From Prorocentrum cordatum (lineage: Eukaryota): a stretch of 64,000 nucleotides of DNA. Position numbers and translations under genes: made by a program. Below are positions 27,841 through 40,622 of the stretch, piece after piece. The stretch covers positions 1-64,000 of the forward strand of contig CAUYUJ010000282.1 in assembly GCA_963575745.1 (NCBI GenBank), given 5' to 3'. The notes under the pieces were generated by a model that saw nothing but the letters and a program-made list of their open reading frames with translations, was not told where the DNA came from and ran no database searches. Position 1 is the stretch's first letter. Every line of letters begins with the position of its first letter.

Positions 27841-28129
27841 CAGCGAGGGGTCGAGCGGGGTGGGGTGGGGCCGCCGCCGCGGCGGCCGCAGGCGGAAGAA
27901 GGGGGAGAGGCGGCCGCGGAGAGGGGAAAGACAGAGGGCACACCCAGAACTCCTTGGCGGCGAAGCAGGTTCGTCGTGATCTTTTCGTGGCAGTGGGACC
28001 CGTGTGCGGAGCGGTCTCGGGGGGTCCGCGGAGGTCCCCAAAAGGTCCCCGGGATGCTCAACGAGGTCTCCGGACGGCCGGAAAGAGCAAACGACTTGTC
28101 CGCAAGCCCTGGACTGGATACCTCGATCC

Positions 28130-31100
28130 TCGATCCTCGCTCTCCTCCGGACGGCGGGGCCAGGAGGCGCACCAAGGCCAGGGCGTCCTCCCCCGGCCGG
28201 CCGTCGTCCTCGACCGCGAACGGGACCATCCGCAAGCCAGGGTACCGCGCGTTTCTCGTTCTCGGCCGCGGCGGCCGCTGCGCCAGCGCGCCGGGCTGAC
28301 CCGCGCCCCAGCGCGTCCTGGGACAGCGCGCTGACCACGGAGAAGTCAACCCGAATGGGCACAGCCACCCGGGGGGCGTGGATTATCAGATCCATTTGCG
28401 CCTCTGGCCAGCTGGCTGCTGCGTGCGGCAACACCATCTCTGTGCAATGCGCAGCCAGCACGACGCAGCCGGCGTCGTGGCGGCGGACGAGCCACCCGCC
28501 CACCGCGCAGGATCGCGCGTCCTGCCCCTTCGGGTCCAGCACAGCTCCGCACACGCTCCCGTCGGGATGCCTGTGCTGGCACACTCCCGTGCAGCAGGGC
28601 AGGTCCTCGCCGAGGCGCACGCCCAGCGTGACGCTGAACTGCGCTTCTGAGAGGCGGTGCTCGGGCCGGGAGGGTGGACCCAGCCAGGCGCTCGCCCCAG
28701 GGCCGCCAGCGCTGTGCAGGGCCGCGGCTGCCAGTGGGTCGTGGCTCGCCTCGTTGGCAACGATACGCACAGCCGCTGCGAGTGGGGCCGAAACCAGAAT
28801 GTGCTGCGGGGCTGCGGGCCCCTCGTCGCCCACGTGGGCGGTCTCGTCCTGAAGAGCAGCCCGGAGGGCCCGCGTCGCCTCCGGGAGACACCTCCGCGCC
28901 CACGGGCTCACGCTGGGCAGCGCGCCCGCTCCGTCCAGCCCGAGTCTGCGCAGGCAGTGCGGGAGGCAGAGGTGCCACGACGCCGCCTGGGCCGCCGCGG
29001 CCGTGAGCTCCACGCTCTGCAGCCCCAGCCCGCCGTCCTTCCCCGCGAGGCAGAGCTTCCTCCCGCTCAGACCCTCCAGTGGCCGGCCGCGCAGGTGCTG
29101 CACCTCCGCTAGGAGCGCTGCGTCCGGGGCGCGGGTCTCTGTCGTCGGGATGCCGCAGGTGCGCGCGAGGAAGGTGTAGTCGGGGCTCGTCCGGGCTCGC
29201 AGCAGCGCGAGTGCTTGCTGCGCGTCCAGTCCAGCGGCCCGGAGCTCTCCCAAGCGGGAGTAGACGCGGGCCTGGGAGGCCGCCAGGCGGGCCGCCTCTG
29301 GGCTGTCCAGCGCCAGCATGCTGCCGTCAGCCGGTAGCGCGGCTGGAGCAACTGGTAATTACCCCTGGCGCGGCGGGCAGCGCGCCGTGGCGAAGCACGA
29401 GGGCCCGCGGCTCCACCTCTCTGGGAGCGCAGGGAGCGCTGCCACGTCCACCTGGCGCCCTGGGCACAGCTCGGTCTTGGTCGGGTTGCCACGGAGGCCA
29501 ACCTGCGCACACGCAGCGATGAACACCGCCTCTGTCTGCGCCGCCGCCGCGGGCTCGCAGATCACATCCTCGTCTTGGTAGCAGTAGCTGCGCCCTGACT
29601 CGGTCGCCGTCCCGGCCGCGGCCACCACCGCGTCCGCCACGTGCTTGTAGCAGAGCGGGAAGAGCTGGTTGGTGAGCGCGTCGCCTTGGGGGCCCCCTTG
29701 CTCCTTGGTGAGCTCCGTGCGGCTCCCATCCCGCGCCACGTGCACATGTACAGCCGGCAGCCGCCGTGCTCAGGCCAACGCGAGCCCACGGCAGCAGCTC
29801 GGGGACCATCGTCTGGACGGCCCGCGCTGCCGCTGCACGGTCGTACTCGTTGTGCGCGTTGCTGGCGTCCAAGCTCAGTCTGCAGCAGTTTGGCCAGCTG
29901 TCTAGGTCAAGCAGGGCTGCTTTGTGCATGTGTTCCGCTCCCCTCGCGTTACCCACAGAACGCTCGCCGTCGCTGGGGGCCGCCGCCACCCTGCCACGGA
30001 ACACCCTGCATACCGCTATGGAAACGGCGCGGCGATGGAAGATGCCTAGGGCGAACGGTCGGACCTTGTCGCGTTGCTCCCGGTCCCCGGCCAGGACACG
30101 GACGCCCAGTCAGGCCTGCGCGGCCTCGCGCGGGGCCTCGCCGAGCTGCAGGTTCAGGATGACCTGGGCGAAGCTGTCCCACGCCTCCTCGTGCCGCGGC
30201 ATCCACGCCCAGTGCTCTCCCCGAGCGTTCCCTGGCCCAGCGCCGCGGTGCCTCGGAGCGTGAAGGTACGCCAGGCGCAGGCGGCACAAGGAAGCTGTCA
30301 ACATCACCAGCCGTAGGCTGCACTGCTGTGATGTCTGGCTGGGCCGCCGCTGTGGGAAACAGCGTAGGGAGGCAGCGACGCGCCTTCTCGTCAGGAGCGA
30401 GCGGCAAGTTACCGTCCAGTATCCGCATCGCTTCCCGCACGTCCTCGTCAGCGAGGACCTCCTCGATTGCCTTGACGTCCTTCGCCAAGCATTGTGCTGC
30501 TGTGAGTGCTGCGCCGGCGCCGCTGCGCAGCATGAGTCCGCCTCCTGCCAGAGGATGTCCCACGACCCCTCCCAGATCAGCCGGATTCGCCTGGCAAGTG
30601 TGCGCGCCACGGTCTCCCCTTTTTGGCCCCAGGTGCATCCCCGCCGCTTCCGCGACGCAGAGAAAAGAAGGCGGTCGAGAATGGGAGCGCCTTCAGGCCG
30701 CGAATCTCGCCCGCGCCTCCAGCCGCCGCCAGAATGAAGTCGCACAGCGCTTTCCGGAAGTCCGCGACGGCGTAGCGGAGCGCCTCCTGGACAACCGAGA
30801 TGGTGCCGCACTTGTCGTGGAGACTGTCCCAGGTGACGTCGTCCCAAAACTCCATGCGCTGGAGCTCTCTCTAAGGCACCGCGCCGTCGGCCTGCAGGCC
30901 GCACCAGCAGCGCCGCCGCCCCGGCTGGCTGCGCTCCGGCCCGCATGCCCGCGGCCTCCGCTGCATCGAACGCTGCCTGCGCCTCCGCGCGCTTCTCCAT
31001 GGGAAGGTGCGCCCAACCGCTCAAGCCGCCGGGCGGGCCGCACTGGCCTGCGACGCAGCCGATGTGGTGGACCCGAGCTCCAGGGCCGCACCCGGGGAGT

Positions 31101-31397
31101 GCGGGCTGGCACCTCTCCGTGGCAGGTGGCGCACATGGCCAGGCTCCTCGACGTGGGCGCCGAGATCGCCCACCCCTCCTCGCCGCCTCCAGCCGGCACA
31201 ACGACTGGCACGTCATCCTGGGACCGCCGCCGTCGTCGCTGCCCAGCGCCTCCGCCAGCTGCATCGCCTCGGCCTCCAGCGCCGCCCCCCTCCTCCTGCA
31301 TCATCCCTTCATTCAGCACGTACGCATCCCCACCCTGGTCAGCAGGCTGCGCCGCCGCCGCCGCCGGCACAGCGCCGAGGACGACATCGAGCTCCAT
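28130..31397 (-). mobile_element. Decayed CRE-like non-LTR retrotransposon (RT + CCHC finger + restriction-like endonuclease)
   Basis: Putative ATG at 31397, N-terminal CATCH. RT: GAEHMHKA, LSLDASNAHN, GGPQGDAL, YCYQDE, GLRGNPTKT, KDGGLGL, GASAWL...LSEAQFSVTLGVRLG. CQH...CGAVLD...SCAVGGWLVRRHD. RLE: MDLII...VDFSVV...AENEK...PFAVEDDGRPG. Multiple frameshifts. Confidence 0.85.
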
Positions 31398-31632
31398 CGT
31401 GTGAGCAGAAATGTGTACAACAAATGCGACGGCGCCCCCCCCACCCCCCCCGCCGGCCTCGGCGGCCGGCCGTCGCTGGCTTCGAGCTCCCTCGCTTCGA
31501 GCTCGCTCGAACCTCCTCCTCCTCTTCCTCCTCCTCCTCCGCCTCCTCCTCGTCCTCCTCCTCCTCCTTCCTCCTCCCCTCCTCTCCTCCTTCCTCCCTC
31601 TTTCCCTCCCTCCTTTCCTCCTCCTCCACGAG

Positions 31633-31770
31633 GACGTCCTGGAGGCCATGCGGGCCGCCTGGCAGAGCAGCGGTGGGCCGCAGCCCGTCGAGGCCGCGTT
31701 CGACCAGGGGAGCGGCTCCGTGCTCTTCGTGTCGCCCGACATGGAGAGCGCCCGGCGCGCCAATGTCTGA
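31633..31770 (+). CDS. Possible terminal exon of an unknown host gene
   Basis: CT-rich tract then ag|G; GC3-rich frame DVLEAMRAAWQSSGGPQPVEAAFDQGSGSVLFVSPDMESARRANV ending in TGA at 31770. Confidence 0.35.
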   Translation, partial: DVLEAMRAAWQSSGGPQPVEAAFDQGSGSVLFVSPDMESARRANV

Positions 31771-31778
31771 GCGGGGGC

Positions 31779-31990
31779 CAGGGCCCCCAGAGGCCAGGGC
31801 ACCTGCTGCCCAGGACCTCTGAAGGCCCCAGCCGGAAAGGGCGAAGCATGGAGAGCGTTTCGGCCCGAGGGTGCTGCAGTGCTCTTGGGTGCGCCGAGGG
31901 CCCCCAGAGGCCAGGGCACTGCTGCCCAGGACCTCTGAAGGTTCCTGCTGGAGGGCACGAAGAATGGAGAGCCTTTCGGCCCACGGGCGC
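31779..31990 (+). repeat. Two ~118-bp direct repeats
   Basis: gggcccccagaggccagggcac(c)tgctgcccaggacctctgaagg at ~31780 and ~31898. Confidence 0.8.
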
Positions 31991-32817
31991 CGCAGTGCGT
32001 GTGGGCGTGCCGAGGTACCCCGTGCATGGGGTCCCGGAAGGGAGGGGTCGCCATGGAGAAGGGCATTGCTACGGCGGGGGCGTTCGTTAAGGAATGTGCC
32101 CAGGCGGCTCCAGACTCTGGATAGTTCCTTATCTGATGGGGGCGGCGGTGAGATCCATGGCCAGACCCCTGTTGCTGCTCAGCCGGGTTCCAGACCCTGG
32201 ATTCTTTGTCCAATGATACCGCATCCAATGCCCTTACCGTGGCCACGACTTTGAACGTTCCACCAGTGGCGAATGAAGAGCTGAGAACGTTTCGACCCAC
32301 GGGCTGCAGCTCTCTTGGGCGCGCCGATACGTTGTCTGTTCTCAAGACTCCGTGAGCCGTTCGTACGACAAGGGGGAGCCGTCCTTGTGATGCGAGAGGG
32401 TTGTTTCTGGGGGCCCTGGAAGGAGAGATCGCCAGGAAGCAAACGGCTCCCGAGGGCAGCGGGTTCTGGTCCTTCGCCCTTCTGCGGCTCCCGGGGCCAG
32501 CCGCGGGCCCCGGGACTGAGAAGACGACTCGGGACCGAGAGCTGGTCCCCAGGTGGAGGCCCAGGGGTCCAGGCCGGTCCAGGGCACGTTTCCCTCACGA
32601 CCACGTTCTCGCTCGTGGCAGAGACAGGCGGATCGAGCTTCCAACTTCGGGGTCCGAGCTTTTCGGGCACCCTTGGCTCGGGCTCCTCGACGCCACGCCC
32701 AGGTCCGGCTCGAGATTCTGGCCAAGACATTCCTGGAGAGGTCTGGGGGTCGATTATTGAGGACTGATGGGAATGCGGATGAGGAAGCAGGGGGGGGAGA
32801 GGGGGAAGAGGAGAAGG

Positions 32818-33555
<738 letters not shown>

Positions 33556-34878
33556 GGATGAGGATTTGCCTCGGTGTTGGTGCCCGTGGCACGTTCCAGA
33601 GAGGACCCCGCCTGCGGCGGGCCCTGGCCATCCGCGGAAAGCTGGCGGAAGGCTGGCGGACGGCGGCGGCAGCAGAGAGCGGGCGGGGCCCTCAGAGGGG
33701 GCCGGCGGAAGGAAGAGTCGGCCCTCCGAGAGGTGGCAGGAGGAGGACGACGAGGAGGACGACGAGGAGGACGACGAGGAGGACGACGAGGAGGAGGAGG
33801 AGGAGGAGGAGGAGGAGGAGGAGGAGGAGGAGTTGGAGGAGGAGGAGGAGGAGGAGGAGGAGGAGAAGGAGCAGCAGGAGGAGGGAGGGCGAGCTTCTAT
33901 GTTTTTGGGGTGCCGGGGGTCTCGCGCGGGCCTCGTGGCGCTCTGCCTTCGGGCGACTGGGCACGCCGGCCCCTCTGCGTGCGCACCCAGGGCTTGGCTT
34001 CCGCACGTGCCGCGTGCTTGGCTTCCTCCTCCCCCCCCCCCCCTCTCTCCCCTGCCCTGCGCGCGCGCCTCCGCGCGGGACGGGAGAGCACCATTCGCAG
34101 AAGGTCCGCCCTCCATTCGTGCAGGCAGGTGCGGCAAGCTCTGCAGGCGAGCGTGCGCGGCGCCATGGCGAGAGCCCCGTGCCTGAAGGCCGCCCGCCCT
34201 CTCTCCGCGCAGCTGTTGGGACCACTGACCACGGGCGTGTGTGCGGCGCTGGGGCGAGAGCCCGGTTTTGAGCATGGCCCGTTCCGAGATCATAGACTGT
34301 CGGGAAGTGTTGGGCGAAACGCCCAGCTCGCCCTATCGGCACGCCTGGTGGTGCGACTTGGAGAGATTGTCTGTCCGGACGAGGAGGGTGAGGACGTGTA
34401 TGAGGAGGAGGAGAAAGGAGCAGGAGGCGGGAAAGAGGAGGAGGAGGACGAGGAGTAGGAGGGGGGAGGAGGAGGGGGGAGGAGGCGGAGGGGGAAGACG
34501 AAGAGGACGACGACGAGCGAGGAGGGAGGAGGGGATGAAGGATGGTGCTCGGAAGGAAAAGGGGGAAGAGAGGAGCAGGGAGGATGAGGAAGGAGAAGGT
34601 TGGGGTTGGAGAAGGATCGATGAGGAGAGGAGGAGGAGAAGGAGGAGGAGGAGGAGGCGGAACCAGAGTTGATCGATGCTGCAATGTACAATTCCATCCC
34701 AAGTCCCCTCCCCAGAAGTCCCTACCCGCAGGAGGTAGGTATGATGTGGGATTACGAGGATGAAAGAGAGGCAGAAGGTTAGAGATAGGACGACGTGCTC
34801 GAGTATGAGTCGGAGAAGGCATGTAGCAGGATTGGCCTGGAGCAGCAAGAGGAGGAGACGGAACACCAAGAGGTACAG

Positions 34879-34879
<1 letters not shown>

Positions 34880-34933
<54 letters not shown>

Positions 34934-35151
34934 TTGATGTTGATGTTGATGTTGATGTTGATGTTGATGTTGATGATGTTGATGTTGAGGTTGATGTTGT
35001 TGATGATGATGATGCTGATCCTAATGGTGATGCTGATGTTGATGATGATGATGATAATGATGATGACGATGACGATGATGATAATGATGATGATGATGAG
35101 GAGGAGGAGGAGGATGAGGATGAGGATGAGGATGATGATGATGGTGATGAT

Positions 35152-35182
<31 letters not shown>

Positions 35183-35200
35183 AGGAGGAGGAGGAGGAGA
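34880..35200 (+). repeat. (GAT)n/(GATGTT)n grading into (GAG)n
   Basis: Direct reading. Confidence 0.9.
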
Positions 35201-35581
35201 TAGGAGGTATGAGGTGGGAGGTGGGAGGGAGGATGAGGAGGAGGCCGAGGAGGAGAAGGAGGAGGAGGACCCGTTGACTGTGACCCATTGGGTAGATTCC
35301 TGCAGGCGCGCCGGTAGCCATGGACGGAGAGAGTGCCTGTAGGCAGGGAGGGCTTGTAGGCGTGCCTGTATGCAGGGGGGGGGCCCTGTAGGCAGGGGCA
35401 ATTGGAATGAATATGGGCAAGGAGGGCCTATTGACGAGGAGGGCCTGTATGCAGGCATGGCCTCGGGAGGCGCACGCGGACCAGCCTCCTTCCGTTCATG
35501 TTCGCGCTGCGCAAACATGCGTGCACGATTGTCGACGCAGCCACGCCCACCAACCGCGCCTTGGCAGCTAGTTCGTGTGAG

Positions 35582-35715
35582 GATGGGCAGCAGGAGGCGG
35601 CGGCGGCGGAGGAGGAGGAAGCGGAGGAGGAGGAGGATCTGGCGCCCGAGGACATCGGGTATTCCTGGCTGTGTAGTGCGCTGGACGAGGCGTACGCGGC
35701 CGACGAACAGCTCAG
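35582..35715 (+). CDS. Possible isolated exon (acidic peptide)
   Basis: ag|GAT...CTCAG|ga; frame DGQQEAAAAEEEEAEEEEDLAPEDIGYSWLCSALDEAYAADEQL with GC3-rich codons. Confidence 0.3.
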
Positions 35716-36021
35716 GACGGGCTGCCGCTGCCTCGTCGCCGCCTCCCGGGTCGGCGCTCCCTGGCGGTCTTCCTCCCGCCCTGCCTCCTTCTCGACCTCC
35801 GCGTCCTTCCTCATCCTGCTACTCCTTTCTTCCCCTTTCTCCTCCTTGATCTTTGCTACTTCCCCCTCTTCCTCGGCCTCATTCCCCCGCCGCCTCCTCC
35901 CCGTTCCCCTCTCCCCCTTTCTTTTTATCCCTCTTCTCCCTCCGTCTCCTCCTGCCTCCTTTTAGCCTCCTCCTACCTCCTCCTGCCTCCTCCTCTCCTT
36001 TTCCACCTGTCTCCTCTCCTG

Positions 36022-36058
<37 letters not shown>

Positions 36059-37269
36059 TCCTCCTCCTCCTCCTCCTCTTCCTCCTCCTCCTCCTCCTCC
36101 TCCTCCTCCTCCTCCTCCTCCCCCCTGCAAGTAGGCCCTCGCCGTTATCTACCCGCTACCCACTGACCAGTGGTATATCGTGGCGGTCGTGGTCCGACAG
36201 CGCGGCCGGCGCGCCCTTGCAGATACAGCCGCGGTTGACCCCAGCAAGCCCAAGGAACCTGTGGCAGAGGTGTATATAAAGGACCGCCTGGGGTGCAATC
36301 TCACACTCTTTTCCGAAGCGTGGTTCCTGGTGACGTTGCTAGCTTTGTGGGCTTGTCTCCACTCGAGAGAAACTGGTGGAAGCCTGTGCCACCGCGTGCG
36401 GTCCTGGGTCCAAACCTTGGCCGCGGGATGCTGTGTCTGCGGTCCCTTGGCCAGTGGTCGTGGTAGGCGGTTTCACCCTGCATGGCTCCCACCGGTTTGG
36501 ATGCTGAAATCGTTCTTGCATGTGCGATCGTGCAGCCACGGTGATGGCCGCCAGCTCGAAGCTGGCCGCTGGCCCCCCAGTCAAAAGCGACGAGAAGTTT
36601 GGCCAGAATCTCGCAAGGCCAGATTCCCAGACATGCAGGCCCGCCAGAGACGGCCTCAGCAGCTAGCGGTGGCTACAGTCCAGGTTTCCAGCAGCGCGGA
36701 TCCGACAGATACCCCATTCGTTTGCTGAAGCCGTCCAATCGGTTATCCCTCTTTCCCCTCATTATACTCCCCCTCCTCAATCCTCCTCATCCCCTCCTCT
36801 TTCATATAAGCAACTCCTCGTCGCACCACCAGACACTTCGGCAGAGCGGCGCACGCGATGGTCGTGATGTGTGGGATCTCCAGCAACTACACGTATAGAG
36901 GGCAGTCCGTTTTCAAAATGAGGTTTTCGCATTGGCGCCACGCGCATTCGTCGTGAAAGAACGACTGGGCAGTCAAAATGAGGTTCATACATCAGTGCCC
37001 CGCGCATTTGTCGTAAGTCGTGTCCAGCAGATACGCTGTTTTCAATACGCGGCTCTTGTCGTATTGTCGTGGCGCCGTTCACATATGTTGCTCGAGTGCG
37101 TTGCTTGTGTTGGGCATTTTGGCCCGAGCTCCTTTTGTCGCGGGATAGTTTTGCGCAGCGTGTTGAACAGCGTGTTGGGTCCTGGTGTTGAAGAGACAGC
37201 GCCCGGCGTCACTCACCTCATTTCCTTCCCCTCCTCCTTCCTCCGCATCCCTGCCTTTGCTCTCCGCGT

Positions 37270-38090
37270 GCAAATGGCGGCACAGCCCTCGCACGTTTCG
37301 TGGCTCCGTAGGGAGCTCCACCGACCACGCAAGCGACAGCGCCCGCACGGTGTTGCCACCCAGTCATGGCACACCGCCCGCTCTCTTCGTGGCCCCGTAG
37401 GAAGCTCCACCGAAGGCCCAAGCGGCAGCGCCCGCATGGCGGCGACGCCTCCATTTCAGCCCCATCACGCGTTTCGTGGCCCCGTAGGGTGCTCCACTGA
37501 AGCCCAGTGGCAGCGCCCGAATGGCGGTTCCGCTCCACTTTGGCACACTTCTAACACGCTCCGTGGCCCCTGAGGGAGCTCCACCCACCATGTCAGCACT
37601 CCCCTCACACGCTTCGCGGTCCCGCAGGGAGCTCCACCGAAGCCCCAGTGGCAGCGCCGGCATGGCGGCGCCGCACCCTTTTGGCACACCCTTCACGCGT
37701 TTCGCGGCCCCGTTGGGGGCTCCATCCACCGCGCAAGCGGCAGCGGCGGCATAGCGGCACCGCTCCATTTCAGCACCTCATCACACGCTTCGCGGCCCTG
37801 CAGTGAACTCCACCGAGGACCCCATTGGCATAGCCCGCATGAAGGCGCCGCCACATTTTATCACACCCATCACGCGTTTCGTAACCACGTAGGGATATGT
37901 ACCGACCGCCCAAGCGGCAGCGCCCGCATGGCGGCGTCGCACCATGTCGGCGCACCACGCACACGTTTCGTGGCTGCGTAGGTGGTAGCTCCACCGAAGC
38001 CCCAGTGGCAGCGCCCGCATGGCGGCGCCACCCTAATTTGGCACACCCCTTGCCCATTTCGTAGCCCCGTAGGGAACTCCACCGAAGGCA
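37270..38090 (+). repeat. Degenerate tandem satellite, unit ~85-90 bp
   Basis: About 10 copies of cgtttcgtggccccgtagggagctccaccgaagcccagtggcagcgcccgcatggcggcg. Confidence 0.9.
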
Positions 38091-38992
38091 CACGCTTAGG
38101 CCTCACGGCCCCACGGACAACTGAATACAATATGTAATGTCTTTGCAAGTGGTATGTCAGGATGCCGAGGGTGCGGTGCCGCCACCGCGGGTGCAATCAT
38201 TGCATTCTGCGCGACGGCGCAGCAGGCAATTCTTCTGGTGACGCGCACACGTGCTCACCCATCGGCGTCCTGCAGCGCGCTAGCGGCGGACTGCTTCAGT
38301 CGTGTCAACGCCTCCTCTCCCTCCTCCCCCGTCCTCCCCCTTCCTCCTCCTCCCCCTTCATCCTCCTTCCTCTCCCCTTTCCTCCTCCTTCCTCCTCTGC
38401 CCCCTTCTTCCTCCTCCTCCTCCTCCTCCTCTTCCTACTCCTCCTCCTCCTCCAACTCCTCCTCCTCCTCCTCCTCCTCCTTCTCCTCCTCCCCCTCCCC
38501 CTGCCTCCCTCCTCCTCGCCCCTCCTTTCGCCCCCTTCCTCCTCCTTCCTCCTCCTCCTCCTCCTCCTCCTCCTCTCCTCCTCCTCCTTCCTCCCACTTC
38601 CTCCCCGTTTCTCCTCCTCCTCCTCCTCCTCCTCCTCATCATCATCATCATCATCCTCATCCTCCTCCTCCTCCCCCTGTCCCTGTTCTCTTCCTCCCCC
38701 TTCCTCCTCCTTGCTGTCGCATCGGGGGGTTGTCGGGCGCCGTGTTTCCGCCCACTCCGGGACCGTTGCTCCGACGGCTGGGCGATGCAACGCGTCCATG
38801 GGCAATTTCTGGATTCCCCTCCTGAGGTCCGCCTGGCCAGCAGCTTGCGCCCAGTGCTTTCCGACACTGGGGACGCAGTCTATGACAGCACGAAAGAGCG
38901 TTTCGCGCGACCCTCTGGTAAATTAATGTGTCGTGACATCGCCCTCGTCTGTCCGAGAGCTTAAGCGCGCGAAGCGCGGGCGTTTGTAGCAT

Positions 38993-39909
38993 CTGTATGC
39001 GTACGTGCATGCATGCATACATTCAATTTCATGTATGTATGTACGTATGTTTGTATATACGTATGTGTGTTCATGAATGTCTGTATGTATGCATGTATGC
39101 ATACCAGTGTATGGATGTATGCACGTATGTATGTGGGTATGTATGCATGCATGCCTGTCTGTCTGTATGCCAGTCTGCCTGTCCGTCTGTCTGACTGTCT
39201 GTCTGTAGTATGTATACAGACTACATTTATGAATGCGTGTGTGCATGTATGCATGCATGCGTACATGCATGGAGGTATGGCTGTATGTGTACATGGTTGT
39301 ATGTATGCATGTATGTATGTATGTATGTGTGTATGTATGTATGTATGTATGTATGTATGTATGTATGTATGTGTGTGTGTATGTATGTGTGTATACATTG
39401 TATGCACGTGTGCGTGTATATATGCATGCATGTATGTGTGTATGTATGGACGTACGTGCATGTATGAGTGTATGGTATGTATGCGTGTGTATATGTGTAT
39501 GTCTGTACGGGTGAGTACATGTGTGCATGTACGTATGTATGCATTGATGCATGCATGCATGCATGTATGCAGCATGTATGAATGCATGTATGCATGTCTG
39601 AATGTATGTATGTGTGTATGTATGTGTGTACGTGTGTTCGTACGTGTGTATCTAGGGTTGTACGTATGTATGTATTTATGCGTGTATGCATGTATGCATG
39701 TGTATGCATGTATGTATGTACGGAATGCGTGTTCTGGTATGGTATGTGATTGTACGTTGTGTTGCGACATGGTATGCTATGTTATGGTATGTTTCTGTGG
39801 ATATATATATATACACATACAGAGGCATGAATGCATGGGTGTATGTATATGTGTATGTTGATATGTATATATGGATGCACGGATGGATGCATGTATGTAT
39901 GTATGCAGG

Positions 39910-39940
<31 letters not shown>

Positions 39941-40279
39941 GTGCCTGTCTGTCTGTCTGTCTGCCTGCCGGTCTGTATGTACGTATGCATGTATGCATGT
40001 ATGTATGTGTATGTGTATGCGTATGTATGTGTGTATGTAAGAATGTGTGTACGTATGTACGTACGTATGTATGTATGTTCGTGTGTACGTGGATACGTAT
40101 GCATGTATGCATGCATGCATGTCTGCATGTATGTTTGCATCAATGTGTGTATGTATGTGTGTGTATGTAAGTCTGTATACATGTATGAATGTGTGTATGT
40201 ATATGTGTATGCATACAAGCATGTTTGTATGCATGCATGTATGTATGTATGTGTGCATATATGTATGTATGTGCGTCTG
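38993..40279 (+). repeat. Degenerate (TATG)n/(GTCT)n microsatellite field, which resumes at 46471-46585 after the Copia insertion
   Basis: Direct reading. Confidence 0.95.
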
Positions 40280-40357
40280 TGTAGCAGCGCAAGTTGATCA
40301 ACAGGTTCGTGGCATGTACGTTGCCCGAAGCCGTGTTGGTCCAAAATCACTCGGTCA
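40280..40357 (+). repeat. 5' LTR (78 bp)
   Basis: tgtagcag...tcggtca; about 89% identical by eye to 46392-46470. Confidence 0.93.
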
Positions 40358-40370
40358 TGGTAGCGGAGCC
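40358..40370 (+). other. Primer-binding site, initiator tRNA-Met type
   Basis: TGGTAGCGGAGCC immediately after the LTR; TGGTAGC matches the 3' end of eukaryotic tRNAiMet, as in the Ty1 PBS. Confidence 0.8.
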
Positions 40371-40622
40371 TAGCTCCGATCAGACCGCTACCGATCCATA
40401 TCAGACCGCTTCCAAGCGGAGCGCGCGCGCAGCGCGCGGCGATATCGACGAAGCTGGTAGAGACTGGTTTGTGGTGGACGTGGTGGCTCGCTGGCGCCAG
40501 CTGGTGCGCAGCGTGCGGAGGACCAGGCGACTGCAGCGAATCTGGGGTCATTTGGGACAGTTCCTGCAGATCGTGTGTGACAGGGACCTGCGAGAGGATC
40601 CGAACCGTGCTGTAGGGGGACG

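Noticed and set aside
25770..27943. Long poly-Pro/Leu/Arg/Ser ORFs here and elsewhere in the ORF track
   Set aside because: They are translations of microsatellites.
31400..31420. SL-like sequence before the CRE-like ATG
   Set aside because: About 13/21 identity, not distinguishable from chance.
36272..36280. TATA box (tatataaa)
   Set aside because: No linked gene start, and dinoflagellate promoters are not known to rely on TATA.
38923..40373. His/Thr/Tyr-rich and Cys/Met/Val-rich ORFs
   Set aside because: They are translations of the (TATG)n repeat.
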